Below are positions 42,592 through 56,610 of a DNA stretch of 64,000 bases, piece after piece (positions within the stretch are counted from its first letter, which is position 1; every line of letters starts with the position of its first letter). The DNA comes from the human T2T-CHM13v2.0 reference genome, Homo sapiens, in assembly GCF_009914755.1 (NCBI RefSeq), contig NC_060932.1; one strand, written 5' to 3'. The position numbers were made by a program, and so were the translations under genes. Below the pieces are notes generated by a model that was given only the letters and a program-made list of their open reading frames with translations, was not told the origin of the DNA and ran no database searches.

Positions 42592-43642
42592 GAAGCCATC
42601 ATCAAAGTTCAAATCTCTGTAAAGAGAATGTTTTTCCTCAAGTTAGTAAAGTTTGGATTCATACATTTTCTAGAGAAGCAATTACAATCTTCATGCTATA
42701 TATAGGAAGAAAAATAGCTTTTAATTATGTTTGTCGACTCTTTTATTCAATAAACATTTAGTGACTATTGTGTGACACTGTTTTAGGTGCTAGGGATATA
42801 GAAATAAATCAGAAACAATCATTAGCCCTAGAGAACTAAACCTAATGGAACTGGATCTATCACTGGCAACCTTAAAATTACCTCCGTTTGTACTTAAGCT
42901 GAAGCTCAACTTCAAACTCTGACATGCTTGGCATCTTGTTGAAAATAAATAACGATCTACCTAGTTTGCCACTGGTAGCACTTTGGCACTATTAATATTA
43001 ACTATATACTGATGAAATTAACTTTCATAAAGGATTATACAAAAGTTTAGAGGGCAGAAAATATTAATGGATAAACAAGTACTGGTCAGCAACAAAAATA
43101 GCGTCAGCCTTCTGCTTTCACAAAGGCCAAGAAAACCAAGAAAAATTTCATTCTGAGTATATACAGAACTGCTGGGAAGAGATCATTCTATACATGTAGT
43201 ACATATGCAAATATCATATATGAGGAAGTATGAGTTATTACACAATCATTAATAACTAAGCATGCCAAATCAGTCATCAGGTTTCAAAGAATCATAGCCT
43301 TGTTTCAAGAGGTCCTGCCAGGTTTTAAGGAAACATGCATTTTCTGTACATTGGAAGACAAGCTATTCCACTTGAGCTGGTACTGCAGATGTGACCTCAA
43401 GAAATTTGGTTAATGAAAATGCTGCATCTCTGATCTGCATCTCCACTTTCTCCAGCAGGTCTACCATTTGGCCCTTGTTCCTGCTCAGAACTGGCCAGCC
43501 CAAACTCACTGGTTGCGTGGGAAAGATGCTAAAAGGTGTTTGAAGATGAGGAAGAAAAGGGAAGTTCTGGGAGCTGGTGAAGAAACCCACAACTCCTCAA
43601 GGTCAGCCATGGGGAAGAGCTAGGAGCTCAGAATCCAACCAG
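41854..43642 (-). pseudogene. Processed pseudogene of C4orf46 (disrupted CDS 43610-43270, retro-copied 3'UTR, poly(A))
   Basis: [12 protein letters not shown] / [79 protein letters not shown] matches recalled C4orf46; intronless, frameshifted, premature TAG at 43363-43365; AATAAA (- strand) at 41897-41902, A tail, TSD CAAGAGGACATT at 41840 and 43643. Confidence 0.92.
42561..42588. repeat. (AT)n microsatellite
   Basis: Directly visible. Confidence 0.95.
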
Positions 43643-44843
43643 CAAGAGGACATTTTAAAACAGGTTCTTTTTTCTTTCTCTTTTTATCACCTATGATTTT
43701 AAGAGTCCAGGTAATACAAGCAAAGGTTTACTCCATAGAGCATAGAATAAAAACAGTTAATCTAAATATTTAAGAGGTATTTTGCCATGCTATTGTTGGG
43801 CTTGGGTGAATATATATTTACATTTCTGTATATCTACATATGTATGAAATATTTAGATCTGTTTTCATATATTTGCCTATTTAAAGCTTAATTTTTTAAA
43901 AAAGTTTTATTTTTCTTCTAATTATTGTTAAGGGGAACATTTTAAGAACTAGAAAGTTTTAAAAATATATATTTTTACTTATCTTCTCAAACTTATATTT
44001 CTTATAGGGAAAACTCATATAAACTCTTCAAGAAACATCAGGAACTTAAAATTTTATTTTAAACATTAATTCCTTAACTGTGATTCATTTTGGAAACATG
44101 CTATTCAATTAACTATTAATTTGAAAATTCAAAAATAGGTTTTTCCATATGTCTTACTATCAATGAAATCAAAACGTCATTTGAATAAGCAACTTGTATG
44201 CTAGAGTAGCTTTATACCCTCTCTGAGGCAGTCTATTCTCATGCCGTTCCCTTTTAGTAAACACTGTCATGTTTCTCCCTCTTATATCAGTAGAAAGATT
44301 TTTTCTCACTGATGTCATTACCCGAAAGCTATTTTCAAGGAGGAAGAGGTCTTATCGTTTATTGGCTCAGATACCATATTTTAAGTAGAAAACATTGGAC
44401 AATATAAAACACTGCCCAACTCCTGTCTTCTAGTGAAAAATTATTTTGATTTGTGATGTATTTCAAATCTAAATTTTGTTATTATCTGTAATGGGCATTT
44501 GTCATCATTGTGGCTAGCACCTTTTGAAAATCATATGTTTGGCAAATTTTCCATGGTGAAACTCTCACTGCATCAAAATTGTAGCTAGAATTTATAGTTT
44601 TCTATACTTTCTTACAGCGAGGGAGTATTCATGTGACTTGGGAACTACTGAACAGACTTGGATTCTGAAACAAATAATATGAAATGGACACTGCAGCCTC
44701 CATTTCCTAGTGAGGATGGTGGAGTTTAGTGGAGAGACACAGAGCTTCTAAGGTAGCTGTGGCAGAGCATCAAGAAGTGACACCCTTATTGCAACATGTG
44801 GCCTGTTCCCCATGGTAGCACTTTAACTGACTGTCCTCCCCTC

Positions 44844-44931
44844 CAAGTTTGGAGGCTGTTCAGCCAGAAAGAGTGCCAAGTTGGTGATTATAACTTGGGC
44901 ATTGTTTCTGGCTGAACAGCCTCCAAACTTG
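44844..44931. repeat. Perfect 27-bp inverted repeat / 88-nt hairpin
   Basis: CAAGTTTGGAGGCTGTTCAGCCAGAAA (44844-44870) and its exact reverse complement (44905-44931). Confidence 0.97.
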
Positions 44932-45379
44932 ACTATCTGGCTCTCCCAGAGATTCTATGCATTTCCCAATAGCTTTTAGTTATTATTATTATTATTTGCT
45001 TAAACTGATTAGACTCGGATCTGCTGTTTGCACTCAAAAACTCTTCAACAACCAAATTTGGTCTAACTTGTGCTTTCCTTTTACAGTGGCTGTAGTAATG
45101 GGGGATGTGTTAAAATCATATTTTACAGGAAAGAATATTCAATATACTGAAACAAGACATCTTCCTTAACCCAATCGTAGTGTTAGATAACCACAGACTG
45201 AATTTAAGAAGTATGCTTTGAGTATAATTATATGTATCTTGCAGGATGAATTTGAGGATTATCAGTAACATGTATAAAATCTTTGCCACAATCTGTGACA
45301 TTTAATAGGCCTCAGTAAATGTTATGAATTATTTATTACATAATGTTAGATATATGTTCATGTTAGATGTTGATCAAAA

Positions 45380-45990
45380 ATTTATTTTATTTAATTCCCA
45401 CCAGGCACTATTTTAGGTGCAGTGAACAAAGCAGTCAAAAATCTGTTTTTTTTTAAGTTCACATCCTAATAGATGAAGATTGAAAAGAAATATGTCAAGC
45501 AAGTAAATATGCTTCATATTAAATTCTGACAATGCTATGGAGAAAAAGCATGGGGGTGGTTAGAAGGGAAATGTGAGGGAGGGTGGAAGAGGGTTACAAT
45601 TTTAGATAGAGTGTTCAGGGATGATTTCATTGAAAAAGTGATATTTGAGCACAGACCTGAAAGAGGGGTGAGCCATTATTGTATATCTTTTTTGTTTACT
45701 ATACTTGTTTCTTGGATTATTTTCCTTTAACATTTAGTGCTTTCTGTTAGGGTATTCAATGTGATTGATATGTGCAAATGTACAAGAGAGGAAAGAGTAT
45801 TTCATGAAAAGGGTTAAATAAGTGCACAGGCTCTGTGGTGAGAGCCCGGTACCTCTGGAATGGTGTGTGTGTGGAAAAGAGTAGAAAATTAGTCATGTAA
45901 CCAGCCAGCCAGATTATGTATGCTTTAGAGGCCATTCATATGACTTTGGCTTACTCAGAGTAAGACGGGAATAGGAGAGTGACCTGATCT
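45380..45990. mobile_element. L2 fragments
   Basis: CCAGGCACTATTTTAGGTGC...GAAAAAGTGATATTTGAGCACAGACCTGAA...GAGTGACCTGATCTGGCTT. Confidence 0.6.
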
Positions 45991-47319
45991 GGCTTAAACA
46001 TATAACCTGAATATACTTTTTAGCCCCTTAATTAGTGAGACATAAAAGCAAGAGAAAATAATTGTCTCCCATTCCTCCCTAAAGTGGTCACAGGTATTGA
46101 TCAAATTAAGTATCCTTAGCACTCAGTTTTAAAGTATTACATGGTATAATGTAGAGTTGAAGCAAACTGAGACTTTCCTCCCCCACCTGAGTGTAAAACA
46201 AAATGATCAATTTCCTTAATAGTGCACTCCAGTCCCCTAATCTCTCATCCTTAGTCCCACTCATTAGAAATAAAGGCGTGTTTGTTATCGACTCAACTAC
46301 TTTGTCTTGTTTAGGATGCAAAGATTAGTCATTAATTCTAGTTTCTTAATATAGTACCCTAATGTTCATAAATTTGCTTTTCATTCTCATTTCCTCCTTC
46401 TTCAGTGTAAAATAATCTCAATAGAACTTTCATATATAAGGGACAGAGATCCTTTCAGTTACCTTGAGAAAAAGGGTTTGACAGAAGGTGCATATGGATT
46501 AGAACTGGTCCTGAGACCATTAGGTCCTGAGAAAACTCCAAGGACTGGTACATCTGTGGGCCTCTATGCCTCTCTTAGTTATCTGTCCATTCTCTGTTGT
46601 CTTCTTCACTGTGGTGTATCTTTTTTGCTTCCCTTTTCTTTCAGCTTGCCAGTGCCCAACTTAATTAAACCTTGCAACTTCCTCTCCTTTTCATTGTGAT
46701 TTGGAGCAAATTCATGTGAGACTGTGGTTGTAATTCCTGGCATAGAACACCTAAATCACCACATCTTTTCAAGCTGCATGACATGTATAATAGATCATTA
46801 GCCAGCCTGTTAATTAGTTGCACTTAGGAGAGTTGCCCTATTCTCTCTTCCCTTTAGTTGGGACAGAGGAATGAGTTCACATGATTAAAGAACATGGCCA
46901 CTTAGAAGAATAGTACAGAATCCTTTTCAGGTCATGTTGACATTCCAAGGAATGATTGACATATTTCAATAACAAGTATTTGTTTACATTTTAAGAGTCA
47001 AACTAGAAAATTTGAAATTTGCTTGAAGTGGAAATGTAGAAATGTATCATAACTCTTTATGACTATTAATTTAGTGCTGAGTTTCTTAATAGCAGTAAAG
47101 TGACAAACTCCTGAGAAATATGTATCCAAACCTTCTGATAAGGAGGCAATGGGTAATTTTAAAACACAAATTCAATATGTCTATTATTTTTATAATATAA
47201 ACATCAGAAAGTAAGTTGACAACATCTTGGCTGGGGGAGGGGCTATGCAGAAGATAAATTAAGAATTTTAAAAGTGAGATTTCAGAAGGTTCTATGTTCA
47301 CAGAAGGCATGATTTCTAT

Positions 47320-48135
47320 TTTGCAGATGTCATTACTGTCTTTGTAGAAAATCTCACTCCATAAACGCTACAACTAATAAGTGAGTTTAATAATCCTATA
47401 TCCATAGGATATAAGAACAATATACAAAAGTGAGTCATTCTTATATATCAGCTATGAATTCTGAATTTGAATATTACAATACCATTTGTAAAAGCACACA
47501 TGTGCATACAAACCCAAATAAATAGTCATGCATATATCTAACTAAATAGTTGTAGAATATGTATGCTGAGAACTATAAAACACTAAGGAAAGAATTCAAA
47601 GAAAAACTAAATAGAGAAATATACCATGTTCCTTAATCCCAAGGAAGAACAGAGTACAGTACAGATGCCATTTCTTCCCCAGTTTAATCTATAGTCTCCA
47701 TTGCAATCTCTGTTGATATTCCAACAAGCTTTTTTTACTGATTTGATAGACTGATTCTAAAATGTACATAGAAAGGCAAAGCAACTAGAATAGCCAAAAC
47801 AACTTTGAAAAATAAAAACTGGAGGACTCAAATGACCCAATTTCTAGAAATGTTATAAAGCCATAGTAATCAAAACTGTGGTATTGGAGAAAGGATACAT
47901 AGATCATCAGAACAGAGCAGAGCAGAGCATCCATAAATATGCACACATAAATATAGTCTACCAAAATTTACAATAGTGCAAAGGTAATTCATTTGAGAAA
48001 GTAGTCTTTTCAACAAATGGTGATGAAACACTTGGATATCCATATGCATAAAATGAAACTTGATACACATTTTATGTCTCATACACAAATAAGTCATGAA
48101 CCTAAATGTAAAACATAAAACTATACAACTTCTAG
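47320..48135 (+). mobile_element. Old L1M ORF2 fragment
   Basis: TTTGCAGATGTCATTACTGTCTTTGTAGAAAATC...AGAATAGCCAAAACAACTTTGAAAA...TCTTTTCAACAAATGGTG. Confidence 0.82.
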
Positions 48136-48137
48136 AG

Positions 48138-48310
48138 CAATGGTTTCAAGTGGTAGTAACTTTTGTCTCCAAGAAACAAAGTATAGAGACATTTTTGACT
48201 GTCAGTACTTGGGGGGAGGAGATCACTGGCATCTAATGGGTGCAGACCAGGGATGTCACTAAATATCCCACAATGCACAGCACAGTCACCATCACACACA
48301 CGAAAATGCC
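48138..48310 (+). mobile_element. MER20-like DNA transposon
   Basis: GAGACATTTTTGACTGTCA...CACTGGCATCTAATGGGTGCAGACCAGGGATGTCACTAAATATCCCACAATGCACAG. Confidence 0.75.
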
Positions 48311-48729
48311 AATTTCTAGTCTGGATAAATATACCATGGTTATGTAACTATCTCTTATTAGAGGAACAGAAACTTGGTAAAGAGTGTATGGGAATGCTTT
48401 TTACTCCCTTTGCAACTCTTCAGGGCAATAGACTATACTTCAAAGTCTAACATTTAATAATTTCCTATTCTATTTCTGTGAAGGCATCATGTACTGTAGC
48501 AGATGTATTCTGCTTTGATGTCTTGCAAAATCACTTTGATTCTTCAATTAAATTTATTAAATGTGTAAATATTGCCAGTCATGTATTATATGTTAAAAAT
48601 TTGAGACCAATAAAATATTTTCAAATGTCTCCTCTTTATAGGAGCTTTCCTGTTTCATCTAACCTAAAATACCACCTTTCTCCACCAATCTTTCTGATGT
48701 TCTCCCCATGGAACTTTTTTCTGACTGTT

Positions 48730-48845
48730 TTCCCTTTTCTAGGGTATATGCTCCATGAAGGCAGGGACTTTGTTGTACCTCCAGGGCCAGAACTGGCACA
48801 CTAGAGATGGATGCTTAATAAATATTTGTTGAGTGAATGAATTAT
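48730..48845 (+). mobile_element. L2 3' end
   Basis: GCTCCATGAAGGCAGGGACTTTGT...GCTTAATAAATATTTGTTGAGTGAATGAA. Confidence 0.75.
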
Positions 48846-51800
48846 ATGTATTTGTGTTGCGTCTTCCCAATAAGTGGTCTTTATTCAAACGTTGGAGCTT
48901 CAGTAAACCCCTATTTGGCTGTGAACAGATTAGTCTCAATCCTAGTATTTAATTTACCCCGAGTGAAAGTAACACCTTTCTCTTAAGCAGCAAGATGCAT
49001 TAATCTTTACATTAAGATTTTTCATGGCAAAAAACAAATCCATTTTTTTTCTTCCCTTTCTTCAGCTCTGGGGATGCCAGGCAAGAAGGAGATGACGGGG
49101 TAGATAATGGTTACTTTGTAATTTTCTGGAAGATCATGCTGGTTCTACTAGAAGACTTTTACCTCACATGATTGGATGCTCCTCAAGCTGAACTTCTTCC
49201 ATTTGTGATAGTATTTGGACCATTTCTAGAATATGTTATAAGATTTTTATAAGATTGTCTTTCCAATTAAAGTTTTAGGTTAAAGTTCTCATTTGAATCA
49301 GATTATTTCAAATATAAGAAAATTTGTGATAAGCATTGAAGATAGAAATTGGCAAACATATGTCCCTCTCCCAGAGATAACAGGTGGTAGGTTATTAAGA
49401 GTTACTTGTTGAGCTGAGCAGTGGAGGCATACATGAAGGAATGATCAGTTCCACCTGGGAAAGCATGGGAAAGCTTCAGAAAGAATGAAACACTTAGATT
49501 GAAGAAAAAGAATAAATCAGTAATCAACAATAATTTAAACAACTAAATTTTAATGTTGCCCCTTGCCTTAACTTTCTTCATGTAAAATATGAATATGAAA
49601 TTAGTTCACTTTTAGAACAGTATCTTAAGTAACAATGACCTCTCCCCCATTTAGAAAATTGCTGCCTTTCAAGAAAAATGTACTTCATTCTTACCACTTT
49701 TTATGTGAAGGATGCAAATCAAACCCCAGATTATTCCCAATACAAAACGATGATTTAGCACCTTTCTCAAATATTAACTTTATGGGTCTATGACTGCATG
49801 TATTTTTATATTTAGACATTAAAAACTGTTAGAATTTATAATTATCAATACACCTACTTGTTTCATTGTCTTGTCCTACGATATTTCCATAGATTCTATT
49901 ATTTGGTCAGAATCAAAGCCAAAAGATGTTTCACAACAAATGAAATTTAGAAATCAAAGAAAATTCTGCCATATCATCCTGAATGCACCCAGAATGCATG
50001 GTGATTTTGAGTACACAAAGTTGGGCCATATTGTCCTAAATTAGTTATGTTTTCTGGTGCTATCATACCCATCTTTAAGTAAATTATTGTAGAAATGTGT
50101 TTTCTAGATGATTTAAATGGATATTAATAACAGAATGGCACAATGCAGTTCCTGTAGACTTGCTAACTACCATATGTCTAGCTTTTCCCCTTAGGAGCTG
50201 AAAGGAAGACAAAGATCATAATTCTTTTAGGGTAGATAAAACATTTCAAATGAACAGATTATTTAAATTGTATTTAAGATAAAGTACTAAGATGAATCTG
50301 GTCAAATAATAATGAATGATGCAGGCTTAAGTGCTATGAACAACTAAGGGAACATACATTAATATTATCTAGAATTATCATGGAAGTCATAGCAATTGAG
50401 GAAAAGGAATTGAGATGCCCTTTGAAACTTAAGCAGGGTTGGCGTAGAATTTGCAACAACATTCTAAGCAGTAAGAACGTGATGAATGAAGATTGCCCGT
50501 ACAGAACACCATAAAGATTATCTGACCTACAGTACAAGATACGTGTTTCTAGAGAAATATTTATATGGCGTGGTAGGGTTAACAAAATGTCCTTCTTAAG
50601 TTGGCTGTCAATGAAAGTATGGCCTAAAGCAAAGAAACTTTTCTAGTTCAGTTTTCCCATGGATCAATTTTAAGAAAATTATCTTATTCCTGAAAAGAGT
50701 ATTTCCTTCAGCATATTCCCTGAAAACCTGTTTTAAAATACTTTTAACCGTAACTCTTTGTATAAAGCAGATTCTCCTTGCTGTTATATTAGCTTTAATT
50801 CTATGAATTATATTAACCTCGTGTTAGGTTAGGGATTTTTAATGTAAAAATGTTTTATATAATCAATTAAGTTTTAGAAATGCTATATTACTATTAAATT
50901 TTTTTCACAGCTACATGAATGCGTTTTTAGGGATTTTAATATACTTATAAGAATTGTGAACCTCCAAGAGAATATTTAACTCACATCAAAAATAAGTATC
51001 TTCCCTCCTTATTTTTTTTTCTTTTTGTAGCATTGACAAGGATTAGCATTTCTTGGGGCAAACTTTAGAAAATGCTGACTTAAAGCATTTAAATATATAT
51101 TTAAAAGAAAATGTTTATTGAGATAAATCTCTAATTGTGGAGTAGATATACTTATACTCTCCCAAATCATTATTAGCCAACCTATCTTGTTAGAGGCTAG
51201 GAAACAAAGAAGGGAAATGCAACCATAAGTGTGTGGGTAATTTTTCCAAACGTTTGGCACACAGTACAAGCTGAGTACACTGTTTGAGTCCAATTTTTCT
51301 CAAAAATTCAAATCTACTATAACAAATGACAGAAACCAAGGAAGAAAATTTTAATAGCGTTTTTAAACAAGCATTTAAAAAATATTGACCCTTATTTTAC
51401 CATAACATCAGAGAGAATATATTTTTTTAACACTGTTAGGGAACATTATAGATAGCCTTGAAGGAAACATTTTCAAGGACAGTTTCAAGAGTTTACCTTT
51501 AGAAATGTAAATTCCCTCATTTCTCTAACTAATGGTTTACCAATATCTCCAGTAATCAGGGTAGAGGTGTACCACATGGTTGACCATGTTTTATGATGGA
51601 AGGAGCATAACCTACTTAGAAAAGTCCATCTGAAGAAAGAAAGCTTGGTGAAGAGTCATTTGCTTCTAAAAAATGTTAGTCAACTCATCTTTCTGGAGTT
51701 AACAGTGATAACCAAACAGAAAAAAATACTTGACTCAAAGTCCTGTTAATGGGGCAGTTCAGTAAATTGTATGGAAGTGTATACAATTCTATACAGCTAT

Positions 51801-52244
51801 CGCACCAGTGAAGGTGAAATGTCATATGGGTCAAGGAAAGTGAGAGAAGGCAGGAAGGTGTTACCAACACACACTGAGGGTGTCACCAGAGCATCTTCTG
51901 TAGATCAAATAAAGCCCATCAGCACATAACTAGATGGTGATGAGGCTGAGAGAGCATGAAGGATGTGAGTTCAGTGCAATGCAAACTGACAGCTATTTGT
52001 AGATTCTGGCCTGCTTAGAATAGTGTTTCCATTTCCCTTTATCAGTGAATGAAGACTGCAGACATTTCCAGACAAGTTTCTTTTAAAAGACTAAAATTTA
52101 ACATAGAAGGTAATGTCTCATATTCATTGTTGGTAATAGGCTATTAAAGGTCATATATTCAATGAAAGTAGAAAATTAAAGAGCAGTGAAGTATTAAAAA
52201 TCTCATCTTAAAAATTCTGTTGAGATTTATTAACTGAATCTGGC

Positions 52245-53189
52245 AGTGTTAATACATAGCTCATTTATTTTATCAAAGGAGAAATGTATTCCAAAGTAAG
52301 CAATTTGTAATGCTGTATGAAAATATTTTATATACAGATATAGTGTCAAAATTAAATACAGATATTTCATTAATTAAAAGGTAAACATATATTATTATCT
52401 TAAAAATATATCTCCCAAATTGCAAACTTATTTAGACAAGTTATAATCTATATAAATGACAATGTAACTCAGTACTAAGGTTTAGCATCCTTAGACTAGG
52501 TGAATTTATTTTTATTTTATTTTATTTTTTTGAAATTGTCCTTTTTTCATGTCAAAACATTTGCTATACCATTTATTGAAGGCACTGTGTTACACATTCA
52601 TGATTAATTAAATCTCTTGAAATCTCTTTTAGGTATCTTGGACCTTGTTATGCTGTTGCTTACTTAAGGTTTATGACTCTCTTATTCTCACCGGCATTAT
52701 CCATATATCATTGTTAACTCTAAAACATCTCCAGCACAGAAGAAGACAATTTTCACTCTTAATACAGTATAATAGATTCATAGTGAGCCATAAAATTATT
52801 TTGACAGTAAAGCAATGTCAATTTTGAATCTTTGAAACCATTATATACTTCATAGATTTAATGTCTTGAAATATTTAAACAGGTTTGAGAAGTATTATTG
52901 CAACTGATACCTTACATGGATTGTCTTACAAAAATCAGTACAGAATTATACTGATTGATAAATGTTCACATATATAAGAAATAGTTTGTTGACTGGAGCA
53001 TTCAGTTTCCATTGTTTGTATTCATCTTCTAGTAATACAATATGCATTTCTCAAATGCCCTAATCCGTTTTGACCATGGTGCATTCAGTAACTTCTAGGA
53101 AGCATTCCACTCTGAAAAACTGCATAAGCAGATAGATTCTTGGAGGATGCAGCTAAAGTTCGTGTTTCTATATTGCCACTCCATATTTT
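52245..53189 (-). other. IL7: IL7 3'UTR (approximate end)
   Basis: Follows the IL7 stop; AATAAA on - strand (TTTATT on +) at 52572, 52505-52527 cluster, 52264 and 52226. Confidence 0.75.
52264..52269 (-). terminator. Probable distal IL7 poly(A) signal
   Basis: AATAAA on - strand ~0.93 kb after the stop. Confidence 0.55.
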
Positions 53190-53309
53190 TCAGTGTTCTT
53201 TAGTGCCCATCAAAATTTTATTCCAACAAGTTTTTATCTCTTGTAATAGTCTCTTTAGGAAACACAAGTCATTCAGTTTTTTCTGTTCCTTTAAAGATTT
53301 ATTTTCTTC
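53190..53309 (-). CDS. IL7: Interleukin-7 exon 6 (terminal coding)
   Basis: CTAG|GAAGAAAAT...TGA; encodes [39 protein letters not shown]. Confidence 0.98.
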   Translation of the reverse strand, partial: EENKSLKEQKKLNDLCFLKRLLQEIKTCWNKILMGTKEH

Positions 53310-53995
53310 CTAGAGAATAGAGTTTTAAAAGTTTAAACTTCACATTTTTACAAAAATATATATTTTAAAATACTATTTTTCATCATATTACTTTATACTG
53401 AAAAACTGGTGCAATGAAAAGGTAGAATCCTGTGTGACATTTTAAAGACGATGATTTCTAACTATCTTTGTGATAACTGACATGTAGAAAATTCAAGGTT
53501 GGTGTGATTAAAGACTTAGGATTCTCCAAAGAGCTATATCAGCTGACCGCCATTTTCACAGTTTAACAGTGGACATAATAACACTGTTTGGAATTTCATG
53601 AGAAAGGTAATTGTAGGTTACTCAGTTGAGTTTCTTTAATGTAGAAAAATGTATTTTTAGTGGGAAGAATAATCAACATTGAAAATACTCAGATTATTTT
53701 GCCAAAGATAATAAGGATATAGCTGATGGAACTTGTACCCTAAGGTCTCCTCCAACAACTAACCTTCACCAGAGTATGTCAGATGCCTGCCTCATAAGCT
53801 AGGTTTTAGCACCTGACAAGAATCTTAAAAAGGGCTACCTGTACAACCTGTAGGAAGAAAGAGATACTTGGCATGAACAGACATATAAAGGAGTAACTCT
53901 GTATAGACTCAGTTATATTTCTCTGAGTCCTCTGACCTGTGAGAATGGGAATAGTGCAGGGTAGAGTAATTCTTCACTTAGATAACAACTAGTTG

Positions 53996-54167
53996 ATCAC
54001 AAATATAAAGCATACCAGTGACTTTTACCCCTTCCTAGACCAGGAGGTGATATCAGTTGTTTGTTTTACACTCTTCACAGTTGAGCCCAGACTTCAGGGT
54101 TAAAATCAACATAGTGTTTTCAACAATCACTAGCAAGTAAATGGATGTGCAAGCAATATAAAAACTA
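53996..54167. repeat. IL7 intronic dispersed repeat, copy 1 (intron 5)
   Basis: Shares ATCACAAAT, ATATCAGTT, GTTTTACACTCTT, TTTTCAACA, TGGATGTGCAAG with 56611-56839 and 59989-60197. Confidence 0.9.
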
Positions 54168-54738
54168 TTATAACTAGTTATTGGGTAACTAGATAATTTA
54201 GATAACAAGTTATTGGGTATTCTCTCAGTCATATATTGTGCTCAGTGTTTAACATAATTTACTTCATTTTATTTGCTTAATCATCATATGAACTTGATGA
54301 TTTGAACTCATTTCACAGATGAAGAAACTGATCCGCAAAGAAGATAAATAAGCTGCTAAGGTCAAGTAAATAAATATATGTCAAGTAAATATAATGACTG
54401 AATCTTGAGCTCCTCTGTCCTATTTTTAATTTGGCCACAAATTCAGATCTCTTTTTGTCATGTATTTAGTAACACTAGCACATACTTTTTAAAGAATACA
54501 TTTCAAAGATTAAACAACAGATCTCAAAGGGAAATATAAAGGCAAACTTTTCATATTGTTTTCAATAGGGGGTCCTGGACAATTTTTTTAAGTACAAGTT
54601 GAAGTTGATTTGCCTAAGCAGATTTGAAATATACAGATGTGAAAATTTCATACTTTTCCTTGCACACCGAGAATAAGCATTCACTAAAAAGTAAAAAACA
54701 GAGAATCTTGGTTTTACCCCTGCATCCTGGGAAAATAG

Positions 54739-55088
<350 letters not shown>

Positions 55089-55954
55089 CTTTCTTTTCTA
55101 AACTTTCCAAATTCTCTTAGTGAAAAGCCTTCAGGGTGATTATATTGCTTTTAGCTTCTGTATTCACTTCAGATGTTCCACTTTGCATAGAATCCCTAGA
55201 ATTTCCTAAATCTCAGAGTGTACAGGCTCACTTTGCTTTTCTGAAAAGAGTAAGGAATTTCCATGTTGCCATGTAGCTATTGGTCAAATAATGGAAATAT
55301 AAAAGAAGAATCCATCACTTTTATGAACCAGGTGTGCTCATTTTTCCATGCCTCAACTTAATTAGTACCTATATCATTTTAAAGTTTAGTCAGATCCATT
55401 TAAGTATTCTGCCTTATTAAGTCATTCATAAATATTTTCCATATTATTGTATAATTTATCTAATAATGTCTAGTAGTATATGTATAAATATATGTTTATA
55501 TACTATTATATATTATTTATACTGTACAATCTACACTAATAAAAGAGGTATATATAAGATAAGTCCTTATTGTTTAATTTTTATTTCTTTACAAACTAAC
55601 AGGGATGGCTTTTTTTCTTCATGTATTTGTCATCTAGTTTATTTTCTCCTATATAAATTATTTGTTCATTTCTTTTACGTGCTAGCTGCAATATTTTAAT
55701 GCTGCTTCTTCTAAAAAAAAAAAAATCATGCTTTTGTATTTGCCCTAACAGCTTCTATTTTAAAATAGTGGGTTTAAAAATGCAATTTAAAGGAATCAAA
55801 TTTTTGAGGGGCACCTCGCTTCTCCTTTTATCAATGTTATAATAAATTATTTCAAAACCAGCTATAAGAAGGAAACAATTCAAAATGAAAAATTAGGAAT
55901 TAAGTTGAGTAAAAACCTGATGAACCATAAGGAAAATTATACAATTATTCTCAC

Positions 55955-56008
55955 CAAACTCTTTGTTGGTTGGGCTTCACCCAGGGCAGCTGGTTTTCTT
56001 CCTTTAAC
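55955..56008 (-). CDS. IL7: Interleukin-7 exon 5 (54 nt)
   Basis: TTAAG|GTTAAAGGA...AGTTTG|GTGAGA; encodes VKGRKPAALGEAQPTKSL. Confidence 0.97.
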
Positions 56009-56610
56009 CTTAAAAACAAAGTCACATTTATAATATTGAATATTTCTTCATTGCTCCTCCAGTTGTTTGTAATTGCTAATTTTCATATTGCCTTCAGCTC
56101 ATCTAATCTATTTGAGACTCTACTTTAAATTTCTTATTGTTAAGAAAGTAAAATATTAATATGATTTAGAAATGGAATATCAGGGTAAAGGAAGAAGCAA
56201 GATAGTTCAGTCTTCTGAATACCCAGAATCCATAATTTTGTAGGTCTGCCTAGTACTGTGTTAACTACTGTGAGGTATGAAAAATTAACATAGTAGGGTA
56301 TACTAGCAGAGATAAAACTTGAATTTTAATCAATATAAAAATAAAGTTAACAAGAAATTGTTAAATCCTGGCCATACATTTTATTAAGCTTCACTTATCA
56401 GAAACAAAATGAAATAAAACAATAGTAAAAAGCTTGTAGCGTGCCTGGCTCATGAAGAAAATTCAGTGTAGCTGACTGCTTTAACATCTTGCCTTGTTAT
56501 TTCAAGAAAAAAGTGACTTGTATCAAGTTAATCAATGTAATATAATTTAATTTCAAAGATTTAAATTATTTGCATATTTTCTTTCTCTACAGTTAATTTT
56601 GGAACATGAT

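Noticed and set aside
43363-43590. 75-aa ORF as a functional gene
   Set aside because: Frameshifted fragment of the C4orf46 retrocopy with a GTG start and premature stop
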